Origin: Bdellovibrionales bacterium
Lineage (GTDB): Bacteria > Bdellovibrionota > Bdellovibrionia > Bdellovibrionales > UBA1609
Direction of reading: 5' to 3'
Assembly: GCA_965261545.1 (NCBI GenBank)
Contig: CBDHDF010000007.1
Location: 448,001 to 512,000, forward strand
Length of the DNA: 64,000 nucleotides
Shown here piece by piece: positions 10,019 to 19,361 of this stretch; position 1 is the first letter of the stretch; each line of letters opens with the position of its first letter. The notes beneath the pieces were generated by a model. That model saw nothing but the letters and a program-made list of their open reading frames with translations, did no database searches and was not told the DNA's origin. The position numbers were made by a program, and so were the translations under genes.

Positions 10019-10876
10019 CTAAGGAACTTGTTTGAATTTCATATACCTAAGATAGACCTTGGCCTGCTTTCCGGCCTCAGTATCCTTATAATCTTGAACT
10101 GCCTGCTCATAAGCCGCCTTGGCTTGCTCCATTTGGCCCAGCTTTTCATGGCTTAATCCTTTTTTAACCCAAACATCTCCATGGAGATAACTGTGCTGTT
10201 TGGAAGAAAGCACCTTACCATAACTGACAATCGCCTTCTCATATTCAGACATCTCTAGCCAAGCCCTTCCAAGCCCCGTATGAATCAGCCCATAAAATAA
10301 GTTGTTTTTCGAAAGATTCGGAGTCATCATAGAGAGGACGCTTTGAGCCTTTTCCCACTTGTTGTACTCGCCATAGAGAGAGGCCAAAAAGAGAGCCCCT
10401 TGAAAAGCTGTGGAAGTACTTAAATGTGATGAAATGACAGAAATGTACTCTTGGGTCACAGACGCAAAATGAGCTTCAAAAATTGCCTCCAGTGACAAAG
10501 AAGAGGCAGCCTTAGAGGAGTTCCTTGAATCCTTGGCTTTATCTCCAGACTTACCATCTGAGAATTCTTTCTCTTTGGTTTGATCTTCTAATTTAGCTTG
10601 ATCCTCTGATTTAGCCTGATTTTCTAACTTCTCCTTAATCTGCACAATTCTCTCTTGAAAGGGAGCCAAAGACTCACTGGCTTTATTTTCCCTGTATTTT
10701 TTAAACAAGTCGGTGGCCGTGAGACCTATACCCAAAAACAAAGCCACGCCAAGGACAATAAGAATGGGAATCTTAAATGCACTTAAAGAATCAAAGGTCT
10801 TGTGCGTTGCTGCAATAAACACATCAGGCTGATGAACTTCTTGCTTTGTTAATTTTTTACTTCGCTTTTTAGTCAT
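10019..10876 (-). CDS. YfgM-like TPR membrane protein
   Basis: Single TM followed by TPR-like helices; yfgM-bamB synteny. Confidence 0.75.
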   Translation of the reverse strand: MTKKRSKKLTKQEVHQPDVFIAATHKTFDSLSAFKIPILIVLGVALFLGIGLTATDLFKKYRENKASESLAPFQERIVQIKEKLENQAKSEDQAKLEDQTKEKEFSDGKSGDKAKDSRNSSKAASSLSLEAIFEAHFASVTQEYISVISSHLSTSTAFQGALFLASLYGEYNKWEKAQSVLSMMTPNLSKNNLFYGLIHTGLGRAWLEMSEYEKAIVSYGKVLSSKQHSYLHGDVWVKKGLSHEKLGQMEQAKAAYEQAVQDYKDTEAGKQAKVYLRYMKFKQVP

Positions 10877-10937
10877 TACGACCCCATACTTCCTAGAGGA
10901 TAGTTATAAATTCTATAAATACAAGTATCCTCATTCT

Positions 10938-12077
10938 CTACTTTTGACGTTTTGTCATTTCTCTAAGGGTGGAGAAGGCACGCACTGATTTTCCATTGTG
11001 GAACTTCTTTAAGCCCCCCATGGAGCTAAGCCTTTTTTCAGCAATATAATTTGCCGCACGATCCGTATTTATATTTTTGTCTCTTGCAGTGGAAAAAATT
11101 TGCAACATATTCTCATAGATTTTAGCTGTTTTCTCAAGGGCTCGCTCATGGGAGTAGCCCTCTAGTTCTACAAAAACATTCATAAGCCCTCCCGCATTGG
11201 CCACATAGTCGGGGGCATAAAGAATCCCTAACTCACGGAGAGCCTCACTGTGGTGAGACTCTGCCAATTGATTATTGGCGGCACCTGCAATAATTTTGCA
11301 CTTTAGTTGGACAAGGGTATCATTATTAATAATAGAACCCAGTGCACAGGGAGCAAAAACATCACATTCTTTAGAAACAATTTCGTTGGGGTTCACATTC
11401 TCAATATTGTGCTCTTGACAAAACTTTTTCACCTTTTTCTGATCAATATCCCCCACACTTACAACAGCTCCTTCCTTTATGAGGTCTTGAACAAGGTAAT
11501 AACCCACATTGCCTAAGCCCTGAACGGCAACACGAATATCCTTCAAGCTGTCTTCATTTAACTTTTCCTTGACCGAAGCCTTAATGGCCATAAGAACTCC
11601 ATGGGCTGTGTGCGGACTGGGGTCCCCAGAGCCTCCAAAAACTTTAGGAATACCAGTGACATAGGGAGTCTCCATAAAAACGTACTCCATATCCCTCACG
11701 GTGGTGCCCACATCTTCGGCTGTAATGTATTTCCCTTGAAGAGAGTTAACATAGGCACCAAAAGCACGAAAAAGAAGTTCTGTTTTTTGCTTTTTGGGAT
11801 CCCCAATAATAACCGCTTTGCCTCCCCCAAGGTTGAGCCCTGCGACAGCTGCCTTATAAGTCATACCTTTGGAAAGCCTAAGAACATCCACTAAGGCTTC
11901 ATTCTCACTTTCATAATTCCACATACGAGTGCCACCTAGGGCAGGGCCTAAAGTTGTGTCATGAATAGCAATAATAGCCTTAAGACCCGAAGTCTTATCA
12001 TAACAAAGTACCACTTGTTCATGTTCACCGTGCTTCTCTATAAGCTCAAAGTTCATATATAAATCCTCCGTAGCCAT
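10938..12077 (-). CDS. leucine dehydrogenase (Glu/Leu/Phe/Val dehydrogenase family)
   Basis: GPALGGTR, GMTYK, GGGKAV, AEDVG, GLGNVG, GAANNQL motifs. Confidence 0.92.
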   Translation of the reverse strand: MATEDLYMNFELIEKHGEHEQVVLCYDKTSGLKAIIAIHDTTLGPALGGTRMWNYESENEALVDVLRLSKGMTYKAAVAGLNLGGGKAVIIGDPKKQKTELLFRAFGAYVNSLQGKYITAEDVGTTVRDMEYVFMETPYVTGIPKVFGGSGDPSPHTAHGVLMAIKASVKEKLNEDSLKDIRVAVQGLGNVGYYLVQDLIKEGAVVSVGDIDQKKVKKFCQEHNIENVNPNEIVSKECDVFAPCALGSIINNDTLVQLKCKIIAGAANNQLAESHHSEALRELGILYAPDYVANAGGLMNVFVELEGYSHERALEKTAKIYENMLQIFSTARDKNINTDRAANYIAEKRLSSMGGLKKFHNGKSVRAFSTLREMTKRQK

Positions 12078-12264
12078 GAGAGAATAGAAAAAGAGGGGGA
12101 TAAGGGCAAGAAAAAAGGTAGGTATCCCAAGTCATTTACCAGCCAGGTTGACACGGCGCATTTTTATTGCCGGGCCATAAAGTACCGTAAGGGTCATAAA
12201 AACCTGAAATCCCCTCAGTTATGGCTGATTTAGAGGGAGCCCAAGAAAGAATCCAAGAATACCC

Positions 12265-13035
12265 TCAAGAAAGAGATCCAAGGAATTTTTTCAAAGAAGC
12301 CACAACTTCTAAAGGAATCTCGTGCTTTCCTTGGAAGGCATGAAACTCTCCCCTCCATTGAGATGCCATAAGCATATGAAACAAATTTTCAGCATGTTGA
12401 AAGCTTAATAAGTGGTCCTGTCCACCATGGCTTTGAAAAAATCTCATACCCGGCCCCTGCAATGCCCATTGAGACCATTGCTTTTGTGACAGCAAAGTCC
12501 CCGATAAGATGACCAAAGCCCTAAGCTTTGCCGATGTGGCCAACATTGCCGGCATTTCCGATGCTGCCGACGCTCTTAAAGCCACCTCTGTGCTCAACAT
12601 AGCACCCTGACTAAAACCACCTAAAATAACTTCATCAAACCTTGAAGCCACTTCATCAAAAAATACACAAACCTTTTGATAAATACTTTCTATATCCAAA
12701 GGCCGATGTTCAGACAAATCCCTGTAAGCCCCCTGCATTAAAGCTTGTTCAAATGAATCAACATCCACTTTAAACCAAGCTCTCCCCATGGAATCTGGAA
12801 TCTCCAGAACTCCATTGGGAAAAATCCAGGTAAAGTCCCCACCTACCTCTTTCGCAAGAGGGGTAAGGTTTGTACAATCTGCTCCATAGCCATGAAAGAG
12901 AACCACACATGAGGATGAAGGACCACCCACCACACAGCAGTCTAAAGGACCAATTTTCTTTACTTCCACACCTAACTCCACAGTGTCATAATAAACATGA
13001 TACATACTTGTAGATAAACATCCAAATAAAATCAA
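12265..13035 (-). CDS. phospholipase/carboxylesterase (alpha/beta hydrolase)
   Basis: FHGYG, GFSQG nucleophile, HG..D, terminal HEI. Confidence 0.88.
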   Translation of the reverse strand: MILFGCLSTSMYHVYYDTVELGVEVKKIGPLDCCVVGGPSSSCVVLFHGYGADCTNLTPLAKEVGGDFTWIFPNGVLEIPDSMGRAWFKVDVDSFEQALMQGAYRDLSEHRPLDIESIYQKVCVFFDEVASRFDEVILGGFSQGAMLSTEVALRASAASEMPAMLATSAKLRALVILSGTLLSQKQWSQWALQGPGMRFFQSHGGQDHLLSFQHAENLFHMLMASQWRGEFHAFQGKHEIPLEVVASLKKFLGSLS

Positions 13036-13090
13036 AGATTTTACTATGATGAGACAAAGATTTTATGATATATAGAAAGAAATTAATCAT

Positions 13091-13726
13091 ATGACAAAAG
13101 AAAGAATTATTGATATTTCCCCCATGCTCAGTGAAAAAACAGCTGTTTTTCCTGGAGATGAAGCCTTTTCAAGAGATGTGGTGATGGACTTTGCCAACAA
13201 TAACCACCTCACCCTCTCCTCTGTAAAGTCGACACTTCATATAGGAGCCCATGTGGATGCTCCAAGCCACTATCACCCCCATGGCGAGAGCATTGAAAAA
13301 AGAAGCCTTCACATTTATATAGGTCCATGCCAAGTGATTAAAGTTCCCACGGTCCAAGGCGAAAAGATTTCCCTCGACGACATCAAAGACACCTCTATCC
13401 AATGCCCCAGAGTCTTGTTTAAGACAGACTCCTTTCCCAACCCCAACCAATGGAACGACAACTTTTGCTCTATCTCCCCCCAAGTGGTGGAATCCCTTGC
13501 CAATTTGGGGGTTATCCTCGTAGGCATTGATACCCCCTCCATGGACCCGGCCTCCTCTATTCAACTGGAGTCCCATAAAATGATTTACTCCAAAGATATG
13601 GCCATTTTAGAAGGTATTATTTTAGAGCATGTTCCAGAAGGAGTCTACAAACTCATCGCACTGCCTTTAAAAATCCAAGGAGGAGATGCTTCCCCTGTCC
13701 GTGCCGTTCTCATTGAATCAAAATAG
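13091..13726 (+). CDS. kynB: kynurenine formamidase / cyclase family
   Basis: HIGAHVDAPSH, GIDTPS, ILEG, DASPVRAVL motifs. Confidence 0.85.
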   Translation: MTKERIIDISPMLSEKTAVFPGDEAFSRDVVMDFANNNHLTLSSVKSTLHIGAHVDAPSHYHPHGESIEKRSLHIYIGPCQVIKVPTVQGEKISLDDIKDTSIQCPRVLFKTDSFPNPNQWNDNFCSISPQVVESLANLGVILVGIDTPSMDPASSIQLESHKMIYSKDMAILEGIILEHVPEGVYKLIALPLKIQGGDASPVRAVLIESK

Positions 13727-13739
13727 AGACGAACTTTGT

Positions 13740-15803
13740 TTACTGTGACAACGACTTATCTTCTTGAGAAGTGGTCTCAAAGCTCTGTGCAAACTCTCTA
13801 TACCCCTCCTCCTCAAGCTTCTCCGCAGGAATAAACCTCAAAGATGCGGAATTAATGCAATACCTTAAACCCGTGGGGCCAGGTCCATCATCAAAAATAT
13901 GGCCCAAATGGTTATCTCCATGCTTAGACCTCACCTCTGTTCTCTTCATGAAGTACTTTCGATCTGTCTTTTCCACAATATTATCGGAGACAAGGGGGCG
14001 CACAAAAGAAGGCCAACCCGTTCCTGAATCAAACTTATCTTTAGAGCTAAAAAGAGGTTTACCTGAAACCACATCCACATATATACCATTCTCCTTATGG
14101 TCCCAAAATTTATTTTTAAACGGGGGCTCAGTCCCATCTTTTTGAGTGACATAAAACTGCATCTGATTCAATGTCTTTTTTAGCTCTTCTCTTGAAGGTT
14201 TCACATAAATCTCCTTGGATTTTTCTTTTGATTTCTCTTTTGATTTCTCTTTTTTCAATTCTTCTTTATGTTTTAATTCTTTTTTATGTTGAGGCTCTTT
14301 TGCAAGTATATCTTTCATCGACTTAAAAATTTTATAGTTTTGACGCTCTGACCAAACCCTCGATAACACCTTATCACGCCCCGATCCATTTCGATAAAAA
14401 CCATATCGCAAGGGATTCTTCTTATAATAATCTTGGTGATAACCTTCGGCAATATAATAAGCACTCACAGGCTTGATTTCTAAGGTGATGGGCTTACTGT
14501 AAACTTTGTCTTTGGTGAGCATGCGCTTGGCCTCAAGAGCAAGTTCCCTCTGCTGAGAGTTGTGATAGTAAATTCCAGGTCGATACTGATTCCCCCTATC
14601 CACAAACTGCCCCTGTGAATCTGTGGGGTCCATATTGCGCCAGAAAATTTCCAACAAATCTTTATAAGTCACCTGCCTTGGGTCGTAAACCACGCGTATG
14701 GCCTCGGTATGCCCAGTGGCCCCCCAAGAAACATCTTCATATGTGGGCTGGGATGTTTTGCCATCGGTGTACCCAGAGATCACTTCCACAACACCAGGCA
14801 CTTTTTCAAAGGGCGATTCCATACACCAAAAACAACCCCCCGCAAAAGTGGCAAATTCAAGGGAGGGAATAAGCACTCCCCCCGTGGCTTGAAGAGGCAC
14901 TCCCTTGCTTTCCACCCAAAAAGCCACACTTAGGGAGCGAGGGCTTGCTGTCAACTCCAGTTTCATTTCAAGCGGCCCCCTGTAAACTCCTTTTTGGGGA
15001 TCAAAAGTGAGTTCTTTCTCGCCTAAATGTAACACAACAAACTCATGCTGAAGTGTTTGCCCCTTATTTTCACCCTTGAAAACTTGACTCTCTAAACCGT
15101 GACCAAGAATTCCTCCAAAAACCTTCAAGTTTTTCAAATTTTTTAAGCCTTTGCCATTTAAACTCTTTAAATCCCCATGGGAACCATGGGAAGAAGCTCC
15201 TTGAGAGCGAAGAGGTTTATACTCAATCTCAAATTTATAGTTCCCTTGAGAAATATGGGAACTTGTGACCTTCGACACCACTTTGAGAATGCCAGTCCGT
15301 GGAGACACTTCTTTCCCCTTGCCTCTTTTTGACTGAAGATGAAGATTTTGAAAGCTCCACTCCTTCCCATTTTTAACAAAACTCGGTGTGTAGATCCGAG
15401 AAGAACCCCATAATCTGGCATAGTTTTTTTGCCTCTTTGTCCAGCGTTTATTTGCAAAGGGGTCCACCCAGCCCAAGCGATTCCAATAGTCCACATGAAA
15501 AGCCACGGGAACCACAGATTTCCATAGATGAGGGTGGTTCTTTAGCTGAGAAAGCCAGGCATCAGCGGGAGGGCAACTGCTGCAACCCTCAGAACTATAA
15601 AGCTCAATAAGCTCCGCTTGAGTTTCTTCTGAAATATAAGAGACCTGGGAGTTGAAATCTTGAGACCAACCCGATGAAGCCACATCCTGAGGTCCATCGA
15701 CCTTATTGGAATTGGATTTGAAGCCTAAAACCCACCCTGAAATACAAGCTAGTGACAATGACATAGATGTTATAATAACGACTAAATAAGCTCTTTTCCA
15801 CAT
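13740..15803 (-). CDS. msrAB: DUF1223 (CxxC thioredoxin-like)-MsrA-MsrB fusion with export signal
   Basis: [24 protein letters not shown] (DUF1223); GCFWC..YHQDYY (MsrA); [14 protein letters not shown] (MsrB). Confidence 0.9.
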   Translation of the reverse strand: MWKRAYLVVIITSMSLSLACISGWVLGFKSNSNKVDGPQDVASSGWSQDFNSQVSYISEETQAELIELYSSEGCSSCPPADAWLSQLKNHPHLWKSVVPVAFHVDYWNRLGWVDPFANKRWTKRQKNYARLWGSSRIYTPSFVKNGKEWSFQNLHLQSKRGKGKEVSPRTGILKVVSKVTSSHISQGNYKFEIEYKPLRSQGASSHGSHGDLKSLNGKGLKNLKNLKVFGGILGHGLESQVFKGENKGQTLQHEFVVLHLGEKELTFDPQKGVYRGPLEMKLELTASPRSLSVAFWVESKGVPLQATGGVLIPSLEFATFAGGCFWCMESPFEKVPGVVEVISGYTDGKTSQPTYEDVSWGATGHTEAIRVVYDPRQVTYKDLLEIFWRNMDPTDSQGQFVDRGNQYRPGIYYHNSQQRELALEAKRMLTKDKVYSKPITLEIKPVSAYYIAEGYHQDYYKKNPLRYGFYRNGSGRDKVLSRVWSERQNYKIFKSMKDILAKEPQHKKELKHKEELKKEKSKEKSKEKSKEIYVKPSREELKKTLNQMQFYVTQKDGTEPPFKNKFWDHKENGIYVDVVSGKPLFSSKDKFDSGTGWPSFVRPLVSDNIVEKTDRKYFMKRTEVRSKHGDNHLGHIFDDGPGPTGLRYCINSASLRFIPAEKLEEEGYREFAQSFETTSQEDKSLSQ

Positions 15804-16281
15804 ATTCTCTCCTTATGACCTCAACTTACTATGGTGCGAGTTGATGATTCTATCTCAACAGGGAAATACAGGGGCTTACTCTCAACTTTTAAAAGCAGTT
15901 ATGCCTTATATATTATATATATTCGGAAGAAAGTCACAATCAAATGAGGTTATTGTAGTTTATTGAGAGACCTCTCGGATGACCTCGTTCAAGACGATTG
16001 GGTAGAAAAGCGGTTGCCCGACCCAAGTCCGAGTTCTAATGCTAGTATCCCTGCAACCCATCTCTTTTGAGACTCACTTAAAGTGGGAATCACTTTGAGC
16101 CATTCTCTACCTATTCCCTGAATAGAAATTAAACACTGTATGCCAAAAAATGTAACTTTTTCCAATTCAAGATTGTCTATAGGTCAATATAATATGAAAT
16201 AATATGAAATATGTATTTCCATAATTTTCATGAATATATTACATTTATGAAAGGTTATAATATTTTCTTAATAAAAAATTT

Positions 16282-18378
16282 GTGAGTTCTGACTGAAAGT
16301 AAAATTTGGCTAGGCGGAGGGGATGAAGTTGGCATCCCTTTCACACGACCATAGTCTAGTCTGAGCGAACGGAAAAGAACTCTCTATTATGACAAGGGCC
16401 ACAGCATGAATATTTCATGGAGGGAAACTCTTCGTGGGAAGAGTTCCAGACAAGAGGCAAATCCAAAAATTCAGGCTATACCTGAGATTCATAGCTATCA
16501 GTAGAGTGAAAAAAAATCATGAATATTCAAAATTTTTCTGTACAAAGGAGATCGCCTTGGTATTATTTCAAAATGCACAATCATTTTGACATTTGTCTGA
16601 CCCATAAAGAAATTAAGAGATTCCCTAGAAAGGACCTAGAGAATGAATTTATGAATGTGCAAGAGAAGGTCTTTAAACAGAATGAAGAGATGATCAAAAA
16701 AGACCAAGAAATTATCAAGAAAGACCAAGAAATTATCAAGAAAGACCAAGAGATTCAAGAACTAAAAGAAGAGCTCAACCATCTGAAAAAGGATGTTGAG
16801 TCCAAAGGAATCCAAGAGGTCAATAAGTTGGCTAATGAACCCTCTTCAAAAAAGCCTGAGTGGGATAAGGATGGCAATCCTAAGAAAAAAGGCAAGAAAC
16901 AAAAGAAAAAGAATGGTGGTTCTCGAAAGGGTTCTGGCAACAAGAAGAAGAATTTAACTCCTGATGAGAAAAATACAACTCCCTTAGACACTTGTCCTGA
17001 ATGTGGTGAGGACTTAGAAGATAGAATTGTCTATGAGAGTCCCTCAAGAATCATAGAAGATCTTCCAGATACTCAACAAGCTATTGTATACCAGGAAACG
17101 ACAGAAAAAAAATGGTGTCCTATTTGTCAGAAGATTGTATCTTCAAAGAGTGAGAAAGGGCTTCCAAGCAGTGATTATGGTTTGAACACAATGACCTTAT
17201 GTGCTTATTTTTGGGTGATCACAGCTATTTCCCTTCCCAATATTTCAAAGTATCTCATGAATTTTTTTAGAATGCCTCTGTCAACCTCTGGAATTTCAAA
17301 AATGATGTGTCGCTTAGGTGATATTTTAACCCCAGTTTATGAAGAAATTTTACAAGATGTGAAATCAGGGTCCTGTATTTGGGCGGATGAGACGGGTTGG
17401 CGAATCAGGGGACAACTTCATTGGTTGTGGGCCTTTGCGAACAAAAAATCTGCTTATTATTGGGTAGACAAGTCCAGGGGTAGCGATGTGGTTAATCGAA
17501 TTCTAGGTGATATCTTCTCAGGAGTTTTGATAACTGATGCATGGTCAGGTTACTTTAAAATTGAGAGTTACAAGCAAACTTGTATGGCTCATATCTTTAG
17601 GAAGATACGTAAATTCATAGATGCTCATCCGGATTATAGGTCTATCTTAAAGTTTTACATCAAATTACGTCGAATATTGAGAGACGCTCAGAAACTCAAG
17701 GAAAATCGTGAAGAGTTGGGAGAGTTTGTTTTCAAAAGACGATTGGATCTCTTGAAAAGTCGCCTATCCGAGATTTTAAAATGGAAGAATCCTAACTCCA
17801 TTTTGAAGGAAGTCATTGCAAAAGTAAAACGCCAACAAGAGTACATTTTAACCTTTGTTGAGCATAAAGATGCCACTTCCCACAATAACTATGCAGAGTA
17901 TATTATTAAGAAGGGCGTTTTAAAACGTAAAATTTCAGGTGGAAGTATGTCAATGAAGGGTGCTAAAGCCTACTCTATCCTTATTTCCATAGGTCAGACT
18001 TGTCATTTACGAGGTCTATCCTTTCATGGATTTCTCAAAGATTCTCTGTTGGAATATATTAGGACCGGCAAGCCCATGTCACTTTCCAAATATGAGTTGA
18101 CCCAAGAGCAACAAAGGAAAGCCGTTTAATCTCTTGAGGCAACTCTTTGATAAACCACAAGATAAAGAAAGCAACGATTCGCCCCATTCTTTCGTGCCCC
18201 CCTTTACAGAGTCTAGTCAAACTTCTTCAATGATGTCAGCATCACTTCCACTCTCCTTGGCCACTTGACGTCATGATAAAGAGATATTAGAGGATTGTCC
18301 ACCCATCTGCTAGCAAGCAGGGAAGTTTGACTCCCGCTCCTCCCCCCTAGCCAGATTTTACTTTCAGTCAGAACTCAC
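16282..18378 (+). mobile_element. IS66-family element (single-ORF, ISBst12-like)
   Basis: 33-bp terminal IR GTGAGTTCTGACTGAAAGTAAAATyTGGCTAGG (1 mismatch); 8-bp TSD AAAAATTT at 16274-16281 and 18379-18386. Confidence 0.93.
16519..18129 (+). CDS. IS66 transposase (TnpC)
   Basis: Coiled coil, PSS, CPEC/CPIC zinc finger, ADETGW, ITDAW, CMAH, NNYAE. Confidence 0.93.
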   Translation: MNIQNFSVQRRSPWYYFKMHNHFDICLTHKEIKRFPRKDLENEFMNVQEKVFKQNEEMIKKDQEIIKKDQEIIKKDQEIQELKEELNHLKKDVESKGIQEVNKLANEPSSKKPEWDKDGNPKKKGKKQKKKNGGSRKGSGNKKKNLTPDEKNTTPLDTCPECGEDLEDRIVYESPSRIIEDLPDTQQAIVYQETTEKKWCPICQKIVSSKSEKGLPSSDYGLNTMTLCAYFWVITAISLPNISKYLMNFFRMPLSTSGISKMMCRLGDILTPVYEEILQDVKSGSCIWADETGWRIRGQLHWLWAFANKKSAYYWVDKSRGSDVVNRILGDIFSGVLITDAWSGYFKIESYKQTCMAHIFRKIRKFIDAHPDYRSILKFYIKLRRILRDAQKLKENREELGEFVFKRRLDLLKSRLSEILKWKNPNSILKEVIAKVKRQQEYILTFVEHKDATSHNNYAEYIIKKGVLKRKISGGSMSMKGAKAYSILISIGQTCHLRGLSFHGFLKDSLLEYIRTGKPMSLSKYELTQEQQRKAV

Positions 18379-18519
18379 AAAAATTTTAACAAAACACAAC
18401 TGTAAGATTGACTATTAGTGGTTATTTCTATATTCATTTTTACGACTGATCGGACCCTCATTTATAGAAGCTTGTGGATTCACAATTTTATTCACAATTC
18501 CACCTATGGAAGTGCCGCC

Positions 18520-19361
18520 GATGTGTTGGTGAGTTCCCGGACGTAGGTCCCCATTTAGATCGTCTGTTTTCAAAATTCGTCCTTGAACCCGACTATCCGC
18601 AATCTTGTTTCTATATCTGTTTTCTCACTGATACAGAAACAACCCACATGTAGGCTTCCTCGCTGCTGATCTTTATCCGGAAATCAAGTCTCTCAACTTA
18701 CCGAAACTTACCAAAACTATCAGCCCGTGGAACGAATTTCACACGATCCTATATTTAACTTACTCGGCTCTCTATTTCTCACGCTTGAGATGTTTTTTAC
18801 ATTCAAGCTGGTTTTCTTTAATTATCAGGTACATAAAACAGCTGTGTCTTGCTCACCTATTCAAGGTCTTCACCCTTACGGGATCGCCTTATCCTGTTCC
18901 CCCTGCCGCCCATGTCAACATGCAGTAAATATCAGAGTCATAATTGCTCTATGGAGGTTCGTTGTCCATGGGGCGAGGCTCGTCACCGTTTTTATCAAGA
19001 AAATTTCAAGATTTACGAAGCTATTCAATCTTTTATCAAATTACATTATTTCATATTTCATAACTCCTCCCCCTCAGAAATGCCTAGCCACAGTCATTTG
19101 TAATGTAAAAGGCATAATTAAACTCCTGGGTATTCCTATTCCACCCAATGACTGCGTTACATGCAGCATACTAAGACCACTGAGGTGAGTCAGTTATCCA
19201 CAGACTCATCCATGGTGACGCTGCGGCTATGGCCCTAGGGGAGCCAATAAGGCAGCGCTGCTGTGGATGAGTCTGTGGATAACTGCGACGGAGTCTCCAC
19301 ACAAGTGTGTTGGCAACTCTGTCCTCCGTGGTTTCATGTACAAAGCTCGGATCCTGAAATG
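18520..19361 (-). ncRNA. 3' non-coding region of the IS1111-type element; candidate bridge/seekRNA locus
   Basis: ~840 nt between the recombinase stop and the IR, no sense ORF of 60 aa or more, several hairpins; exact RNA limits unknown. Confidence 0.5.

Larger units (their letters stand above)
15926..18500. repeat. 470-bp direct repeat, copy 1 (interrupted by IS66)
   Basis: 15926-16281 plus 18387-18500 matches 21710-22179. Confidence 0.93.

Noticed and set aside
18727..19188. 153-aa ORF as IS110 passenger gene
   Set aside because: No RBS or recognisable motif and antisense to the recombinase; not fully excluded
19191..19285. Replication origin suggested by DnaA boxes
   Set aside because: Only two boxes, inside an IS, with no dnaA/gidA context or unwinding element
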